This document shows positions 31,794 through 44,428 of a DNA stretch of 64,000 bases, piece by piece. This DNA is from Escherichia coli. GTDB taxonomy: Bacteria; Pseudomonadota; Gammaproteobacteria; Enterobacterales; Enterobacteriaceae. The notes below the pieces were generated by a model. That model ran no database searches. It saw only the letters and a program-made list of their open reading frames with translations, and had not been told where the DNA came from. The stretch lies in the NCBI RefSeq assembly GCF_003790525.1, contig NZ_CP033635.1. One strand, given 5' to 3'. The stretch's first letter is position 1, and every line of letters starts with the position of its first letter. The position numbers and the translations under genes are program-made.

Positions 31794-34700
31794 ACATATT
31801 CACGCTTTCCCTCGGTCTGGCCGTCATGCCGATGGTCGAGGCAGCACCAACCGCTCAGCAACAGTTGCTGGAGCAAGTTCGGTTAGGCGAAGCGACCCAT
31901 CGTGAAGACCTGGTGCAACAGTCGTTGTATCGTCTGGAACTTATTGATCCGAATAACCCGGACGTCGTTGCCGCCCGTTTCCGTTCTCTGTTACGTCAGG
32001 GCGATATTGATGGCGCGCAAAAACAGCTCGATCGGCTGTCGCAGTTAGCGCCGAGTTCAAATGCGTATAAATCGTCGCGGACCACAATGTTGCTTTCCAC
32101 GCCGGATGGTCGTCAGGCACTGCAACAGGCAAGATTGCAGGCGACTACTGGTCATGCAGAAGAAGCTGTGGCGAGTTACAACAAACTGTTCAACGGTGCG
32201 CCGCCGGAAGGTGACATTGCCGTCGAGTACTGGAGTACGGTGGCGAAAATTCCGGCTCGCCGTGGCGAAGCGATTAATCAGCTAAAACGCATTAATGCGG
32301 ATACGCCGGGCAATACGGGCCTGCAAAACAATCTGGCGCTATTGCTGTTTAGTAGCGATCGCCGTGACGAAGGTTTTGCCGTCCTGGAACAGATGGCGAA
32401 ATCGAACGCCGGGCGCGAAGGGGCCTCTAAAATCTGGTACGGGCAGATTAAAGACATGCCCGTCAGCGATGCCAGTGTGTCGGCACTGAAAAAATATCTC
32501 TCGATCTTTAGCGATGGCGATAGCGTGGCGGCTGCACAATCGCAACTGGCAGAACAGCAAAAACAGCTGGCCGACCCTGCTTTCCGCGCTCGTGCGCAAG
32601 GTTTAGCGGCGGTGGACTCTGGTATGGCGGGTAAAGCCATTCCCGAACTACAACAGGCGGTGCGGGCAAACCCGAAAGACAGTGAGGCTCTGGGGGCGCT
32701 GGGCCAGGCGTATTCTCAGAAAGGCGATCGCGCCAATGCGGTGGCGAATCTGGAAAAAGCCCTCGCACTGGACCCGCACAGCAGCAACAACGACAAATGG
32801 AACAGTCTGCTGAAAGTAAACCGCTACTGGCTGGCAATCCAGCAGGGCGATGCTGCGCTGAAAGCCAATAATCCTGACCGGGCAGAACGCCTGTTCCAGC
32901 AGGCGCGTAATGTCGATAACACCGACAGCTATGCAGTGCTTGGGCTGGGCGATGTGGCGATGGCGCGCAAAGATTACCCCGCCGCTGAACGCTATTATCA
33001 GCAGACCCTGCGTATGGACAGCGGCAACACTAACGCCGTGCGCGGGCTGGCAAATATTTACCGCCAGCAATCGCCAGAAAAAGCTGAAGCGTTTATCGCC
33101 TCGCTCTCTGCCAGTCAGCGGCGTAGCATTGATGATATCGAACGCAGCCTACAAAACGACCGTCTGGCACAGCAGGCAGAGGCACTGGAAAACCAGGGCA
33201 AATGGGGGCAGGCGGCAGCACTTCAGCGGCAACGACTGGCGCTGGATCCCGGCAGCGTATGGATTACTTACCGACTTTCGCAGGATCTCTGGCAGGCCGG
33301 ACAACGCAGCCAGGCTGATACATTAATGCGCAATCTGGCACAGCAGAAGCCGAACGACCCGGAGCAGGTTTACGCTTACGGGCTGTATCTCTCTGGTCAT
33401 GACCAGGACAGAGCGGCGCTGGCGCATATCAACAGCCTGCCGCGCGCGCAGTGGAACAGCAATATTCAGGAACTGGTTAATCGCCTGCAAAGCGATCAGG
33501 TGCTGGAAACCGCTAATCGCCTGCGAGAAAACGGCAAAGAAGCTGAAGCGGAAGCGATGCTGCGCCAGCAACCACCTTCCACGCGCATAGACCTCACGCT
33601 GGCTGACTGGGCGCAACAACGACGTGATTACACCGCCGCTCGCGCTGCATATCAGAATGTCCTGACGCGGGAGCCAACTAACGCCGATGCCATTCTTGGT
33701 CTGACGGAAGTGGATATTGCTGCCGGTGACAAAGCGGCGGCACGTAGCCAGCTGGCGAAACTGCCCGCCACTGATAACGCCTCGCTGAACACTCAGCGGC
33801 GCGTGGCGCTGGCACAGGCGCAGCTTGGCGATACCGCAGCGGCGCAGCAGACGTTTAATAAGTTGATCCCGCAGGCAAAATCTCAGCCACCGTCGATGGA
33901 AAGCGCGATGGTGCTGCGCGACGGTGCGAAGTTTGAAGCGCAGGCGGGCGATCCAACGCAGGCGCTGGAAACCTACAAAGACGCGATGGTCGCATCCGGT
34001 GTGACCACGACGCGTCCGCAGGATAACGACACCTTTACCCAGCTGACCCGTAACGACGAGAAAGATGACTGGCTGAAACGCGGCGTGCGCAGCGATGCAG
34101 CGGACCTCTATCGCCAGCAGGATCTTAACGTCACCCTCGAGCACGATTACTGGGGTTCGAGCGGCACCGGTGGTTACTCCGATCTGAAAGCGCACACCAC
34201 TATGTTGCAGGTGGATGCGCCGTATTCTGACGGGCGGATGTTCTTTCGCAGTGATTTCGTCAATATGAACGTCGGCAGTTTCTCCACTAATGCCGATGGT
34301 AAATGGGATGACAACTGGGGCACCTGTACATTACAGGATTGTAGCGGCAACCGCAGCCAGTCGGATTCCGGTGCCAGCGTGGCGGTCGGCTGGCGAAATG
34401 ACGTCTGGAGCTGGGATATCGGTACCACGCCGATGGGCTTCAACGTGGTGGATGTGGTTGGCGGCATCAGTTACAGCGATGATATCGGGCCGCTGGGTTA
34501 CACCGTTAACGCCCATCGTCGGCCCATCTCCAGTTCTTTGCTGGCCTTTGGTGGGCAAAAAGACTCTCCGAGCAATACCGGGAAAAAATGGGGCGGCGTG
34601 CGTGCCGACGGCGTGGGGCTAAGTCTGAGTTACGATAAAGGTGAAGCAAACGGCGTCTGGGCATCGCTTAGCGGTGATCAGTTAACTGGTAAAAATGTCG

Positions 34701-35248
34701 AAGATAACTGGCGCGTGCGCTGGATGACGGGCTATTACTATAAGGTCATCAACCAGAATAATCGCCGTGTGACCATTGGTCTTAACAATATGATCTGGCA
34801 TTACGACAAAGACCTGAGTGGCTACTCACTTGGTCAGGGCGGTTACTACAGCCCGCAGGAATACCTGTCGTTTGCCATACCGGTGATGTGGCGGGAGCGG
34901 ACGGAAAACTGGTCGTGGGAGCTGGGGGCGTCTGGCTCGTGGTCGCATTCACGCACCAAAACCATGCCGCGTTATCCGCTGATGAATCTGATCCCGACCG
35001 ACTGGCAGGAAGAAGCTGCGCGGCAATCCAACGATGGCGGCAGCAGTCAGGGCTTTGGCTACACGGCGCGGGCATTACTTGAACGACGTGTTACCTCCAA
35101 CTGGTTTGTCGGCACGGCAATTGATATCCAGCAGGCAAAAGATTACGCACCCAGCCATTTCCTGCTCTACGTACGTTATTCCGCCGCCGGATGGCAGGGT
35201 GACATGGATTTACCGCCGCAGCCGCTGATACCTTACGCCGACTGGTAA
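31775..35248 (+). CDS. bcsC: cellulose synthase outer membrane subunit (TPR plus beta-barrel)
   Basis: 1157-aa ORF; signal peptide, long TPR-rich region, C-terminal beta-barrel ending in aromatic W; 19-bp overlap with bcsZ. Confidence 0.95.
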   Translation: MRKFTLNIFTLSLGLAVMPMVEAAPTAQQQLLEQVRLGEATHREDLVQQSLYRLELIDPNNPDVVAARFRSLLRQGDIDGAQKQLDRLSQLAPSSNAYKSSRTTMLLSTPDGRQALQQARLQATTGHAEEAVASYNKLFNGAPPEGDIAVEYWSTVAKIPARRGEAINQLKRINADTPGNTGLQNNLALLLFSSDRRDEGFAVLEQMAKSNAGREGASKIWYGQIKDMPVSDASVSALKKYLSIFSDGDSVAAAQSQLAEQQKQLADPAFRARAQGLAAVDSGMAGKAIPELQQAVRANPKDSEALGALGQAYSQKGDRANAVANLEKALALDPHSSNNDKWNSLLKVNRYWLAIQQGDAALKANNPDRAERLFQQARNVDNTDSYAVLGLGDVAMARKDYPAAERYYQQTLRMDSGNTNAVRGLANIYRQQSPEKAEAFIASLSASQRRSIDDIERSLQNDRLAQQAEALENQGKWGQAAALQRQRLALDPGSVWITYRLSQDLWQAGQRSQADTLMRNLAQQKPNDPEQVYAYGLYLSGHDQDRAALAHINSLPRAQWNSNIQELVNRLQSDQVLETANRLRENGKEAEAEAMLRQQPPSTRIDLTLADWAQQRRDYTAARAAYQNVLTREPTNADAILGLTEVDIAAGDKAAARSQLAKLPATDNASLNTQRRVALAQAQLGDTAAAQQTFNKLIPQAKSQPPSMESAMVLRDGAKFEAQAGDPTQALETYKDAMVASGVTTTRPQDNDTFTQLTRNDEKDDWLKRGVRSDAADLYRQQDLNVTLEHDYWGSSGTGGYSDLKAHTTMLQVDAPYSDGRMFFRSDFVNMNVGSFSTNADGKWDDNWGTCTLQDCSGNRSQSDSGASVAVGWRNDVWSWDIGTTPMGFNVVDVVGGISYSDDIGPLGYTVNAHRRPISSSLLAFGGQKDSPSNTGKKWGGVRADGVGLSLSYDKGEANGVWASLSGDQLTGKNVEDNWRVRWMTGYYYKVINQNNRRVTIGLNNMIWHYDKDLSGYSLGQGGYYSPQEYLSFAIPVMWRERTENWSWELGASGSWSHSRTKTMPRYPLMNLIPTDWQEEAARQSNDGGSSQGFGYTARALLERRVTSNWFVGTAIDIQQAKDYAPSHFLLYVRYSAAGWQGDMDLPPQPLIPYADW

Positions 35249-35329
35249 GTTTTCAGATAGCGCCTCTCTTAATGCCGCTGCGATCGGGTATACTCGGGCG
35301 GCAATCTGGGATTTCCGGGGGGAGACAAT

Positions 35330-37318
35330 TTGCGCGTAAGTCGCTCGTTAACAATCAAGCAGATGGCAATGGTGGCAGCCGTTGTCCTGGTGTTCGTTTT
35401 TATTTTTTGCACCGTTTTGCTGTTCCATCTGGTCCAGCAGAATCGCTATAACACGGCTACGCAACTGGAAAGCATTGCTCGCTCTGTCCGCGAACCCTTA
35501 TCTTCTGCCATTTTGAAAGGCGATATTCCCGAAGCGGAAGCTATTCTTGCCAGCATTAAACCGGCAGGCGTGGTCAGCCGTGCCGATGTGGTGCTGCCTA
35601 ACCAGTTCCAGGCGCTGCGTAAAAGTTTTATTCCAGAGCGTCCGGTGCCGGTAATGGTTACTCGCCTGTTTGAGCTACCGGTGCAAATCTCGCTGGGCGT
35701 TTACTCGCTGGAACGTCCGGCAAACCCGCAGCCAATTGCCTATCTGGTGCTACAGGCGGATTCCTTCCGCATGTATAAGTTCGTGATGAGCACCCTCTCA
35801 ACGTTAGTGACCATTTACTTACTTTTGTCGTTAATATTGACGGTGGCGATTAGCTGGTGCATTAACCGCCTGATTTTGCATCCATTACGCAATATTGCTC
35901 GCGAACTTAACGCCATCCCAGCCCAGGAGCTTGTTGGTCACCAACTGGCATTACCGCGTCTGCATCAGGACGATGAAATCGGTATGTTGGTGCGCAGTTA
36001 CAACCTCAACCAGCAATTGCTGCAGCGCCATTATGAAGAACAGAACGAAAATGCGATGCGCTTCCCGGTGTCGGATTTGCCGAACAAAGCCTTGCTGATG
36101 GAGATGCTGGAGCAGGTGGTGGCGCGTAAACAAACCACCGCGCTGATGATCATCACCTGTGAAACCCTGCGTGATACTGCGGGTGTGCTGAAAGAGGCGC
36201 AACGAGAAATTCTGCTGCTGACGCTGGTGGAAAAACTCAAATCGGTACTGTCGCCACGTATGATCCTCGCGCAGATTAGCGGTTATGACTTTGCTGTCAT
36301 TGCCAACGGTGTACAGGAACCGTGGCACGCAATCACTTTGGGTCAGCAAGTGCTCACTATCATGAGCGAGCGCCTGCCGATTGAACGTATTCAACTCCGT
36401 CCGCACTGTAGCATTGGCGTGGCGATGTTCTACGGCGATCTCACCGCCGAACAGCTTTATAGCCGCGCTATTTCTGCGGCATTTACCGCTCGCCATAAAG
36501 GCAAGAATCAGATTCAGTTCTTTGATCCGCAGCAGATGGAAGCAGCCCAACAGCGGTTGACGGAAGAGAGCGATATCCTTAATGCACTGGAAAATCATCA
36601 GTTTGCGATTTGGTTACAGCCACAGGTCGAGATGACCAGCGGTAAACTGGTCAGTGCGGAAGTGTTACTGCGTATCCAGCAACCGGATGGCAGTTGGGAT
36701 CTGCCGGATGGCTTAATCGATCGCATTGAATGCTGTGGGCTGATGGTTACCGTTGGTCACTGGGTGCTGGAAGAGTCCTGTCGACTGCTTGCTGCCTGGC
36801 AAGAGCGCGGCATTATGCTGCCCTTGTCGGTAAACCTCTCAGCGCTGCAACTGATGCACCCGAATATGGTGGCGGATATGCTGGAACTGTTAACCCGCTA
36901 TCGCATTCAGCCGGGAACACTGATTCTGGAAGTGACAGAAAGCCGACGTATTGACGACCCTCATGCTGCGGTGGCAGTCCTCCGTCCGCTGCGCAATGCC
37001 GGCGTTCGGGTGGCGCTGGATGATTTCGGCATGGGCTATGCGGGGCTGCGTCAGCTGCAGCATATGAAATCGTTGCCAATCGACGTACTGAAAATCGACA
37101 AAATGTTTGTTGAAGGCTTGCCGGAAGATAGCAGCATGATTGCTGCAATTATCATGCTGGCGCAGAGCCTGAACTTACAAATGATTGCCGAAGGCGTGGA
37201 GACTGAAGCACAACGCGACTGGCTGGCAAAAGCGGGCGTTGGTATTGCCCAGGGCTTCCTTTTTGCTCGCCCACTCCCTATTGAAATCTTCGAAGAGAGT
37301 TACCTGGAAGAAAAGTAG
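35330..37318 (+). CDS. pdeK: c-di-GMP phosphodiesterase PdeK (HAMP, degenerate GGDEF, EAL)
   Basis: ORF from TTG at 35330 (662 aa); alternative ATG starts at 35363/35369 would give about 651/649 aa; N-terminal TM and C-terminal EAL domain features. Confidence 0.9.
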   Translation: MRVSRSLTIKQMAMVAAVVLVFVFIFCTVLLFHLVQQNRYNTATQLESIARSVREPLSSAILKGDIPEAEAILASIKPAGVVSRADVVLPNQFQALRKSFIPERPVPVMVTRLFELPVQISLGVYSLERPANPQPIAYLVLQADSFRMYKFVMSTLSTLVTIYLLLSLILTVAISWCINRLILHPLRNIARELNAIPAQELVGHQLALPRLHQDDEIGMLVRSYNLNQQLLQRHYEEQNENAMRFPVSDLPNKALLMEMLEQVVARKQTTALMIITCETLRDTAGVLKEAQREILLLTLVEKLKSVLSPRMILAQISGYDFAVIANGVQEPWHAITLGQQVLTIMSERLPIERIQLRPHCSIGVAMFYGDLTAEQLYSRAISAAFTARHKGKNQIQFFDPQQMEAAQQRLTEESDILNALENHQFAIWLQPQVEMTSGKLVSAEVLLRIQQPDGSWDLPDGLIDRIECCGLMVTVGHWVLEESCRLLAAWQERGIMLPLSVNLSALQLMHPNMVADMLELLTRYRIQPGTLILEVTESRRIDDPHAAVAVLRPLRNAGVRVALDDFGMGYAGLRQLQHMKSLPIDVLKIDKMFVEGLPEDSSMIAAIIMLAQSLNLQMIAEGVETEAQRDWLAKAGVGIAQGFLFARPLPIEIFEESYLEEK

Positions 37319-37464
37319 CTACCCCAAACTGATTACAAAACTTTAAAAAGTGCTGGTTTGTGCGAGCCAGCTCAAACTTTTTAACCTTTTTGTTTCAATT
37401 ATGATCCAGGTACATTTCTGTGATGTTGTCTGGGTGTTATTTTAAGGCCGCAGGTACCCCATAA

Positions 37465-38787
<1,323 letters not shown>

Positions 38788-38801
38788 TCTCACCACTTAT
38801 G

Positions 38802-38833
38802 CCCGCACTCCCTTCCCCGAGTGCGGGTGTTTG
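38802..38833 (+). terminator. terminator downstream of dctA
   Basis: CCCGCACTC / GAGTGCGGG hairpin followed by TGTTTG. Confidence 0.5.
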
Positions 38834-39006
38834 CGCATAATTGACCCCTGTGCCTGAACTTACCACCTGGGTGAGTTCAGGTTTATTTCACTTCTTCCGT
38901 GACATTTTCATGTTCTTGCGGTCTAACACGAAGTGTTTTTAACGTCATTTAGACTGACCGACAACGGGCAGTTTTTTATTACCAGGATAGTTGATCAGGG
39001 GTTCAC

Positions 39007-40503
39007 ATGCAGGGCACAAAAATTCGACTTTTAGCGGGCGGTTTGCTGATGATGGCCACTGCTGGCTATGTGCAGGCAGATGCGCTCCAGCCTGATCCAG
39101 CATGGCAACAGGGGACGCTTTCCAACGGTTTACAGTGGCAAGTGCTGACTACACCCCAGCGTCCCAGCGATCGTGTTGAAATTCGCCTGCTGGTTAATAC
39201 CGGTTCGCTCGCCGAAAGTACACAACAGAGCGGTTACAGTCACGCCATCCCTCGTATTGCGCTAACGCAAAGCGGTGGCCTTGACGCAGCGCAGGCGCGT
39301 TCATTGTGGCAGCAGGGGATCGACCCTAAACGCCCGATGCCGCCGGTAATTGTCTCTTATGACACCACGCTGTTTAACCTGAGTTTGCCCAATAACCGTA
39401 ACGACTTGCTGAAAGAAGCGCTCTCTTATCTGGCAAATGCCACTGGCAAACTGACTATCACGCCAGAAACCATCAACCACGCGCTGCAAAGTCAGGACAT
39501 GGTGGCAACCTGGCCTGCCGATACTAAAGAGGGCTGGTGGCGTTATCGTCTGAAAGGATCAACCTTGTTAGGTCACGATCCTGCCGATCCGCTGAAACAA
39601 CCCGTTGAAGCGGAAAAGATTAAAGATTTCTATCAGAAATGGTACACCCCGGATGCAATGACGCTGCTGGTGGTGGGAAACGTGGATGCGCGCTCGGTCG
39701 TCGACCAAATCAATAAAACGTTTGGCGAACTGAAAGGCAAACGTGAAACACCGGCTCCGGTGCCGACGCTTTCTCCGCTGCGTGCGGAAGCGGTGAGTAT
39801 TATGACCGACGCGGTGCGTCAGGACCGGTTATCTATCATGTGGGATACGCCGTGGCAGCCGATTCGTGAATCAGCCGCACTGCTGCGCTACTGGCGTGCG
39901 GACCTGGCCCGTGAGGCGCTGTTCTGGCACGTTCAGCAAGCGTTAAGCGCCAGTAACAACAAAGAAATCGGTCTTGGATTTGATTGCCGTGTGCTGTATC
40001 TGCGTGCGCAGTGTGCCATCAACATCGAATCACCAAACGACAAGCTGAACAGCAACCTTAATCTGGTGGCGCGTGAACTGGCAAAGGTTCGCGATAAAGG
40101 TCTGCCGGAAGAAGAGTTCAATGCGTTAGTGGCGCAAAAGAAACTGGAGCTGCAGAAACTGTTTGCCGCCTATGCGCGAGCTGATACCGATATTCTGATG
40201 GGGCAGCGGATGCGTTCGTTGCAAAATCAGGTCGTCGATATCGCGCCGGAGCAATATCAGAAACTGCGTCAGGATTTCCTTAACAGCCTGACGGTGGAGA
40301 TGTTAAATCAGGATCTGCGTCAGCAGTTGTCGAATGATATGGCGTTAATACTGCTGCAGCCGAAAGGCGAGCCGGAATTTAACATGAAAGCGTTGCAGGC
40401 GGCCTGGGATCAAATCATGGCCCCATCGACTGCGGCTGCCGCCACATCTGTCGCCACGGATGACGTACATCCTGAAGTGACGGATATTCCACCCGCACAG
40501 TGA
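39007..40503 (+). CDS. yhjJ: M16-family peptidase-like periplasmic protein YhjJ
   Basis: 498-aa ORF with signal peptide; recognised as YhjJ. Confidence 0.9.
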   Translation: MQGTKIRLLAGGLLMMATAGYVQADALQPDPAWQQGTLSNGLQWQVLTTPQRPSDRVEIRLLVNTGSLAESTQQSGYSHAIPRIALTQSGGLDAAQARSLWQQGIDPKRPMPPVIVSYDTTLFNLSLPNNRNDLLKEALSYLANATGKLTITPETINHALQSQDMVATWPADTKEGWWRYRLKGSTLLGHDPADPLKQPVEAEKIKDFYQKWYTPDAMTLLVVGNVDARSVVDQINKTFGELKGKRETPAPVPTLSPLRAEAVSIMTDAVRQDRLSIMWDTPWQPIRESAALLRYWRADLAREALFWHVQQALSASNNKEIGLGFDCRVLYLRAQCAINIESPNDKLNSNLNLVARELAKVRDKGLPEEEFNALVAQKKLELQKLFAAYARADTDILMGQRMRSLQNQVVDIAPEQYQKLRQDFLNSLTVEMLNQDLRQQLSNDMALILLQPKGEPEFNMKALQAAWDQIMAPSTAAAATSVATDDVHPEVTDIPPAQ

Positions 40504-40510
40504 TAAATAA

Positions 40511-40539
40511 CCCGGCAGCGTTTCTTCTGCGCTGCCGGG
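40511..40539 (+). terminator. hairpin downstream of yhjJ (no T-run; possible terminator)
   Basis: CCCGGCAGCG / CGCTGCCGGG inverted repeat with 9-nt loop. Confidence 0.35.
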
Positions 40540-40685
40540 ATTAACGGTAATTAATAAGTTACCGTGATATACCCGCAGAGATTTTTCCCGGCACGGCGGT
40601 AGCGTGCAGATAATTACTGACTGCTGTGGTTTATAGAAAAGGAAGTAACCACACTTTGTGAACGTAACGTGCTAAAGGAATATGA

Positions 40686-41216
40686 ATGCGCTACAAAGTC
40701 ACACTGTTCTTGCTGACTATGATTCTCTGCTTAACAGGGTTCTATTCCTGCAACAAGAACTTCCTCTTACTCTGGGATGCCAATAATATGTATGTCAGCA
40801 CAAGAAATAATATCGATAAAGACAAGGTAAAAATAGAATTCGGTATCAGCGTCAACACGATCAACCGAGAGACGGATGCCGAATTATTTACTGACAGAGC
40901 GAAGTATAGAATTATCTTCGATGGTAACCTAAAAAACAGGATGATAAATGAGTACGGCGAAAATGATTTTTTAATTACCTACGATGACCGCTGCTATTTA
41001 TCATTTCGTCAATTTAAAACCAATCGTCGTCATCAACATGACTATTATTTTGACTTCTTTAACAACAATGGGAATGTCTTTGTCACAGTCGAAATCAAAG
41101 GCGAGAACCCACTTAAATTTACGCGTAGTTTAAATGATATGCGTCAGCAGTTTTCACCAACTCGTGAGGATAGCCCTTCTCACTCCTGCAAGGTTATTTC
41201 TTCAGATCCTTCTTAA
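40686..41216 (+). CDS. hypothetical protein, AT-rich gene, N-terminal signal/anchor-like hydrophobic segment
   Basis: 176-aa ORF with AAAGGA RBS 5 nt upstream of ATG; markedly AT-rich by eye; N-terminus MRYKVTLFLLTMILCLTGFYSC; no K-12 counterpart recalled. Confidence 0.6.
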   Translation: MRYKVTLFLLTMILCLTGFYSCNKNFLLLWDANNMYVSTRNNIDKDKVKIEFGISVNTINRETDAELFTDRAKYRIIFDGNLKNRMINEYGENDFLITYDDRCYLSFRQFKTNRRHQHDYYFDFFNNNGNVFVTVEIKGENPLKFTRSLNDMRQQFSPTREDSPSHSCKVISSDPS

Positions 41217-43236
41217 ACACTGGATCTGGACAATCACGACCAAAATGCGCAGACCAGTCAAAAACTTTACCGTTTTTCACGTAGCGTTGATAAATTAATG
41301 CACCGGTTTCTGTATCACGATATCTGACCCAACTTGCAGCATGGCATAACACGGCAGCCCAAGCCTGGGTTTTAGGGTGAAGTAAATCGGCAGATTGTCC
41401 GGCCCATTCCGCAGCCTGCCAGCGGTAATGCAAAAAATGATCATCAGCGGTGGGGATTGCATGGCGAATACGTTGTTTTTCTTTACGACTTATCCACTGA
41501 TCGTTATTTCTGTATTCAAAGAGTGCTGAATACTGCCCACTGGAAATAGCATTATCGGGATACATTTCATAAGCCACCAATTCGATACCACTGAAACGTA
41601 AAAGCCGCGCAGCTTCGTATTGCGCCTGGGCGCGTTGTTTATCAGGGATATTTTTATTTTTTGCTATCGCCATTAAATCAGCCAGTTTTTGTGCGGCCTG
41701 GCGATGATCGGGAATATCAAACCAATTGATGGCCTGCTGATACTGACCATTACGTATTAATCGTCTACCTAATAGTGCACGTAATTTAACATCCGTGGGA
41801 ATGATATCTGGCGAAATATAATAACCGTAACTGCTCTTGTTTAAATCTATAGGTTTTAAAGGATGCTGAGGTGCTGGTACGTTTTTTTCAACAAACGCGT
41901 GTAACTCTGACAAGGTCAAAACGTTTTCTGCCACCCAGGCTAAATCAGCCCAATAGAGATCTTTGGCCTGGTAAAATAATGCGGTGGCCTGAAGATAATC
42001 ATCGCGTTTTAATGCCACAATCGCCTGTTCACTGGCAATACGGCAAGACGGGATGGTAACTTTATCGGCATGATAATAAGGGCTTTCCGGGTCCATACTT
42101 CCCCAGACTTCATCGGTAGAGAACAGCGGGGCTGCGCGAGCATAGTGACGCGTTGCCAGTGGAATATCTCCGGCTCGTAATGCCATTTTTGCTTTTAACC
42201 ATTCGCTTAATCCACTTTCTGGCGCATCCTGCAACAGCGTTTGTGCTAACGAATAATTTCCTGCCCGATACGCCAGTGCTGCCAGGCGATCGCTATAACT
42301 AAATCCTTTAACTCTGTGTTGACTTAGCAACTTAATTAAACGGTCGCGATGCGTTGGACAGGTATAATCTACAAGGTCCTTAGTACAGGCTTCGCTAACA
42401 TACCCCCAGTCATGACGAATAAAGAGCTCTGCGATTACCAGTTGCTGAACCAGAGAATCATTAATAACCGACTCCAGCAGTGGTAAATTTTTCTCCCTGG
42501 TTATATACAGCGAAATCATCCGTAGCGACGCTTTCCCGGAGGGCGAACCCTGGGCCGCTTGCCGGGCATACATTTTTACTGCCGCAGCGACATCACCTTT
42601 TTTCAGATAATAATGCCCAATCTGACCGAGACTGGCGAGAGAGAGCAATTCAGGATCGGCTGCTCCATTACGCACTTCTTCAATGATTTGCTGATAACGC
42701 TGTATGGCCTGCTCAGCAAGTTCCTGATTAAAGCCGCCTTTATTGATTATAAGATCGAGATTGTCGTCAGTGGCATCAAATCCCCCCCTTGCCAGACTAT
42801 ATAGCGTAGCAAGACGCCATTCCCCTTGCTCTGTTTTCGGCAAGGCTAATAATTGCTGAAAGTAAGGGCTATCGTATTTTCCCTGATGAAAATCCTTAGC
42901 TCCTGAATAATAAAGCCTCTGCGCCTTAGATAATGGCTTCTGCAATTTTTGCGTGATTTCCAGTATCCGATTTTGCGCAGGAGGCTCAGCATCATCATCT
43001 GTATTTGCCTGCGTTGCCTCCGCGGGCGTATCTTCATGCCATATCGGTAAATCAGGATCGCGTTTAGCCAACTGTTGTACTTCAAAGACAAAACTGCCAT
43101 TTGGCATTTCCAGCAGTGCGCTATTGCGGTCAGTTAACAGATGGTTAGGAATAAATGGTCCACAGGCATTAACGTTGGCGCTAATTAGTGAGAGAAATAC
43201 AATAACGGAAAGCCGCGATATTTTAGGGGATAACAT
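41194..43236 (-). CDS. hypothetical secreted protein, predicted signal peptide and helical-repeat (TPR/Sel1-like?) character
   Basis: 680-aa ORF; strong RBS (AGGAG, 6-nt spacing); N-terminus MLSPKISRLSVIVFLSLISANVNA; low-complexity acidic linker then Tyr/Ala/Leu-rich segments; start overlaps the upstream ORF by 14 nt. Confidence 0.75.
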   Translation of the reverse strand: MLSPKISRLSVIVFLSLISANVNACGPFIPNHLLTDRNSALLEMPNGSFVFEVQQLAKRDPDLPIWHEDTPAEATQANTDDDAEPPAQNRILEITQKLQKPLSKAQRLYYSGAKDFHQGKYDSPYFQQLLALPKTEQGEWRLATLYSLARGGFDATDDNLDLIINKGGFNQELAEQAIQRYQQIIEEVRNGAADPELLSLASLGQIGHYYLKKGDVAAAVKMYARQAAQGSPSGKASLRMISLYITREKNLPLLESVINDSLVQQLVIAELFIRHDWGYVSEACTKDLVDYTCPTHRDRLIKLLSQHRVKGFSYSDRLAALAYRAGNYSLAQTLLQDAPESGLSEWLKAKMALRAGDIPLATRHYARAAPLFSTDEVWGSMDPESPYYHADKVTIPSCRIASEQAIVALKRDDYLQATALFYQAKDLYWADLAWVAENVLTLSELHAFVEKNVPAPQHPLKPIDLNKSSYGYYISPDIIPTDVKLRALLGRRLIRNGQYQQAINWFDIPDHRQAAQKLADLMAIAKNKNIPDKQRAQAQYEAARLLRFSGIELVAYEMYPDNAISSGQYSALFEYRNNDQWISRKEKQRIRHAIPTADDHFLHYRWQAAEWAGQSADLLHPKTQAWAAVLCHAASWVRYRDTETGALIYQRYVKNGKVFDWSAHFGRDCPDPVFKKDLKK

Positions 43237-44428
43237 TAAACTCTCCTTGAATTTTTTGATTGCAGCGCGCCCATCCCAGCGGACTGCTTTCTCCGGCGCG
43301 TAGTTGCCTGGCGCTTCCTCTCACAAAATTCAGGCTGGATGGTCCAGGTTGCACCTGATAGTGGCTGGCTCCATCAGCGAATAGACAATCTGCATTGGAC
43401 ATAATTATTTGTTTTGGCAATGGCGCATCAATTACGCCGCTGTTTTTAAAGGCCAGATCAAAAAGTTGCTTGTCTGCATGTTGAGTAATTATTAACGACC
43501 AGCGCGGAGTCAGCGGTTGATGTTGAATCACAGCTTCAAGCGTTGTCAGGGACCAGGCGCGGCGATCGCCTGCTAATGGTAGCCGAAACCATACCAACCC
43601 CTGTAATCCATGCGGTGGTTGCTGTTCTAAATATTGAATGAAATCGGCAATTGTTTGCGGCGACACACTTAATTCACGCATCTCTTCGGCAACGTATAAC
43701 GGAGCTTCACTCTCGACGCGATTATCACTGGTGAGCGCAGAACCGTAAGCGGGCAATGCGATGAAAAAAGGATGCGTGGTTTGTCTGGCATATTGCTTTA
43801 CCCAACGCTGCGCCAGACTGGCATCTAACAGGCCTTTTTCGGGCGATAGCACGTTATGTACCTGCAAAACCGAAGTGTCCGCAATCCGCAATAATCGGGC
43901 GAGATGTGGTGATTCAAGCCAGGTAGGCAGGACGGTAATGCTAAGTTTTATATTTGTAGGAAGTGCCTGATGTAACGTACTAAGTAGGGTCAGATAGTCC
44001 GGCAATTTTGCTGTTGGCGCGTCATAATCAATTTCTACCCCTACCAGCGTAATACCAGCTTTTTGCCACTCACGTAGGGTTTGTTGAATATGCTGGATAA
44101 TTTGCTGGTTATTAAGCCGTGTAAGCTGACCTTCGAGTCGCGCGACCAGCCAGACCGGGCGACCATCTTGCTTAATAAGTGAAGTATTAACCGTAAAGTG
44201 TCGGATGCCTTCTTGCGGGTGAAATTGCATCCCGAGTACGCGAAGCGTAGAGAAAAGCGGGCGGCTTCGTTTGAGTGCCTCGTTATGTTCTGCCGTCCAG
44301 ACGCGTTGCCAGATATAGACTTGCTGATCAAAGCGAAGCGGTTGTGAAGGGGTAAATAAAATATGCAGCCCGTAGCCCAGGCAGATCAGAAGAAGTGAAG
44401 CTGCAAAAATCCTTTTGCAAGATGGCAT
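43223..44428 (-). CDS. hypothetical protein with N-terminal signal peptide or membrane anchor
   Basis: 401-aa ORF; N-terminus MPSCKRIFAASLLLICLGYGLHILF; no family assigned from sequence alone; lies 94 bp downstream of kdgK on the same strand. Confidence 0.7.
   Translation of the reverse strand: MPSCKRIFAASLLLICLGYGLHILFTPSQPLRFDQQVYIWQRVWTAEHNEALKRSRPLFSTLRVLGMQFHPQEGIRHFTVNTSLIKQDGRPVWLVARLEGQLTRLNNQQIIQHIQQTLREWQKAGITLVGVEIDYDAPTAKLPDYLTLLSTLHQALPTNIKLSITVLPTWLESPHLARLLRIADTSVLQVHNVLSPEKGLLDASLAQRWVKQYARQTTHPFFIALPAYGSALTSDNRVESEAPLYVAEEMRELSVSPQTIADFIQYLEQQPPHGLQGLVWFRLPLAGDRRAWSLTTLEAVIQHQPLTPRWSLIITQHADKQLFDLAFKNSGVIDAPLPKQIIMSNADCLFADGASHYQVQPGPSSLNFVRGSARQLRAGESSPLGWARCNQKIQGEFNVIP

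Noticed and set aside
33323-34195. 290-aa minus-strand ORF inside bcsC, and similar antisense ORFs inside bcsA (26309-26884), pdeK (35951-36598), dctA (37399-38016) and gadA (57417-57992)
   Set aside because: All are antisense to confidently identified genes and have no RBS or homology support; treated as spurious.
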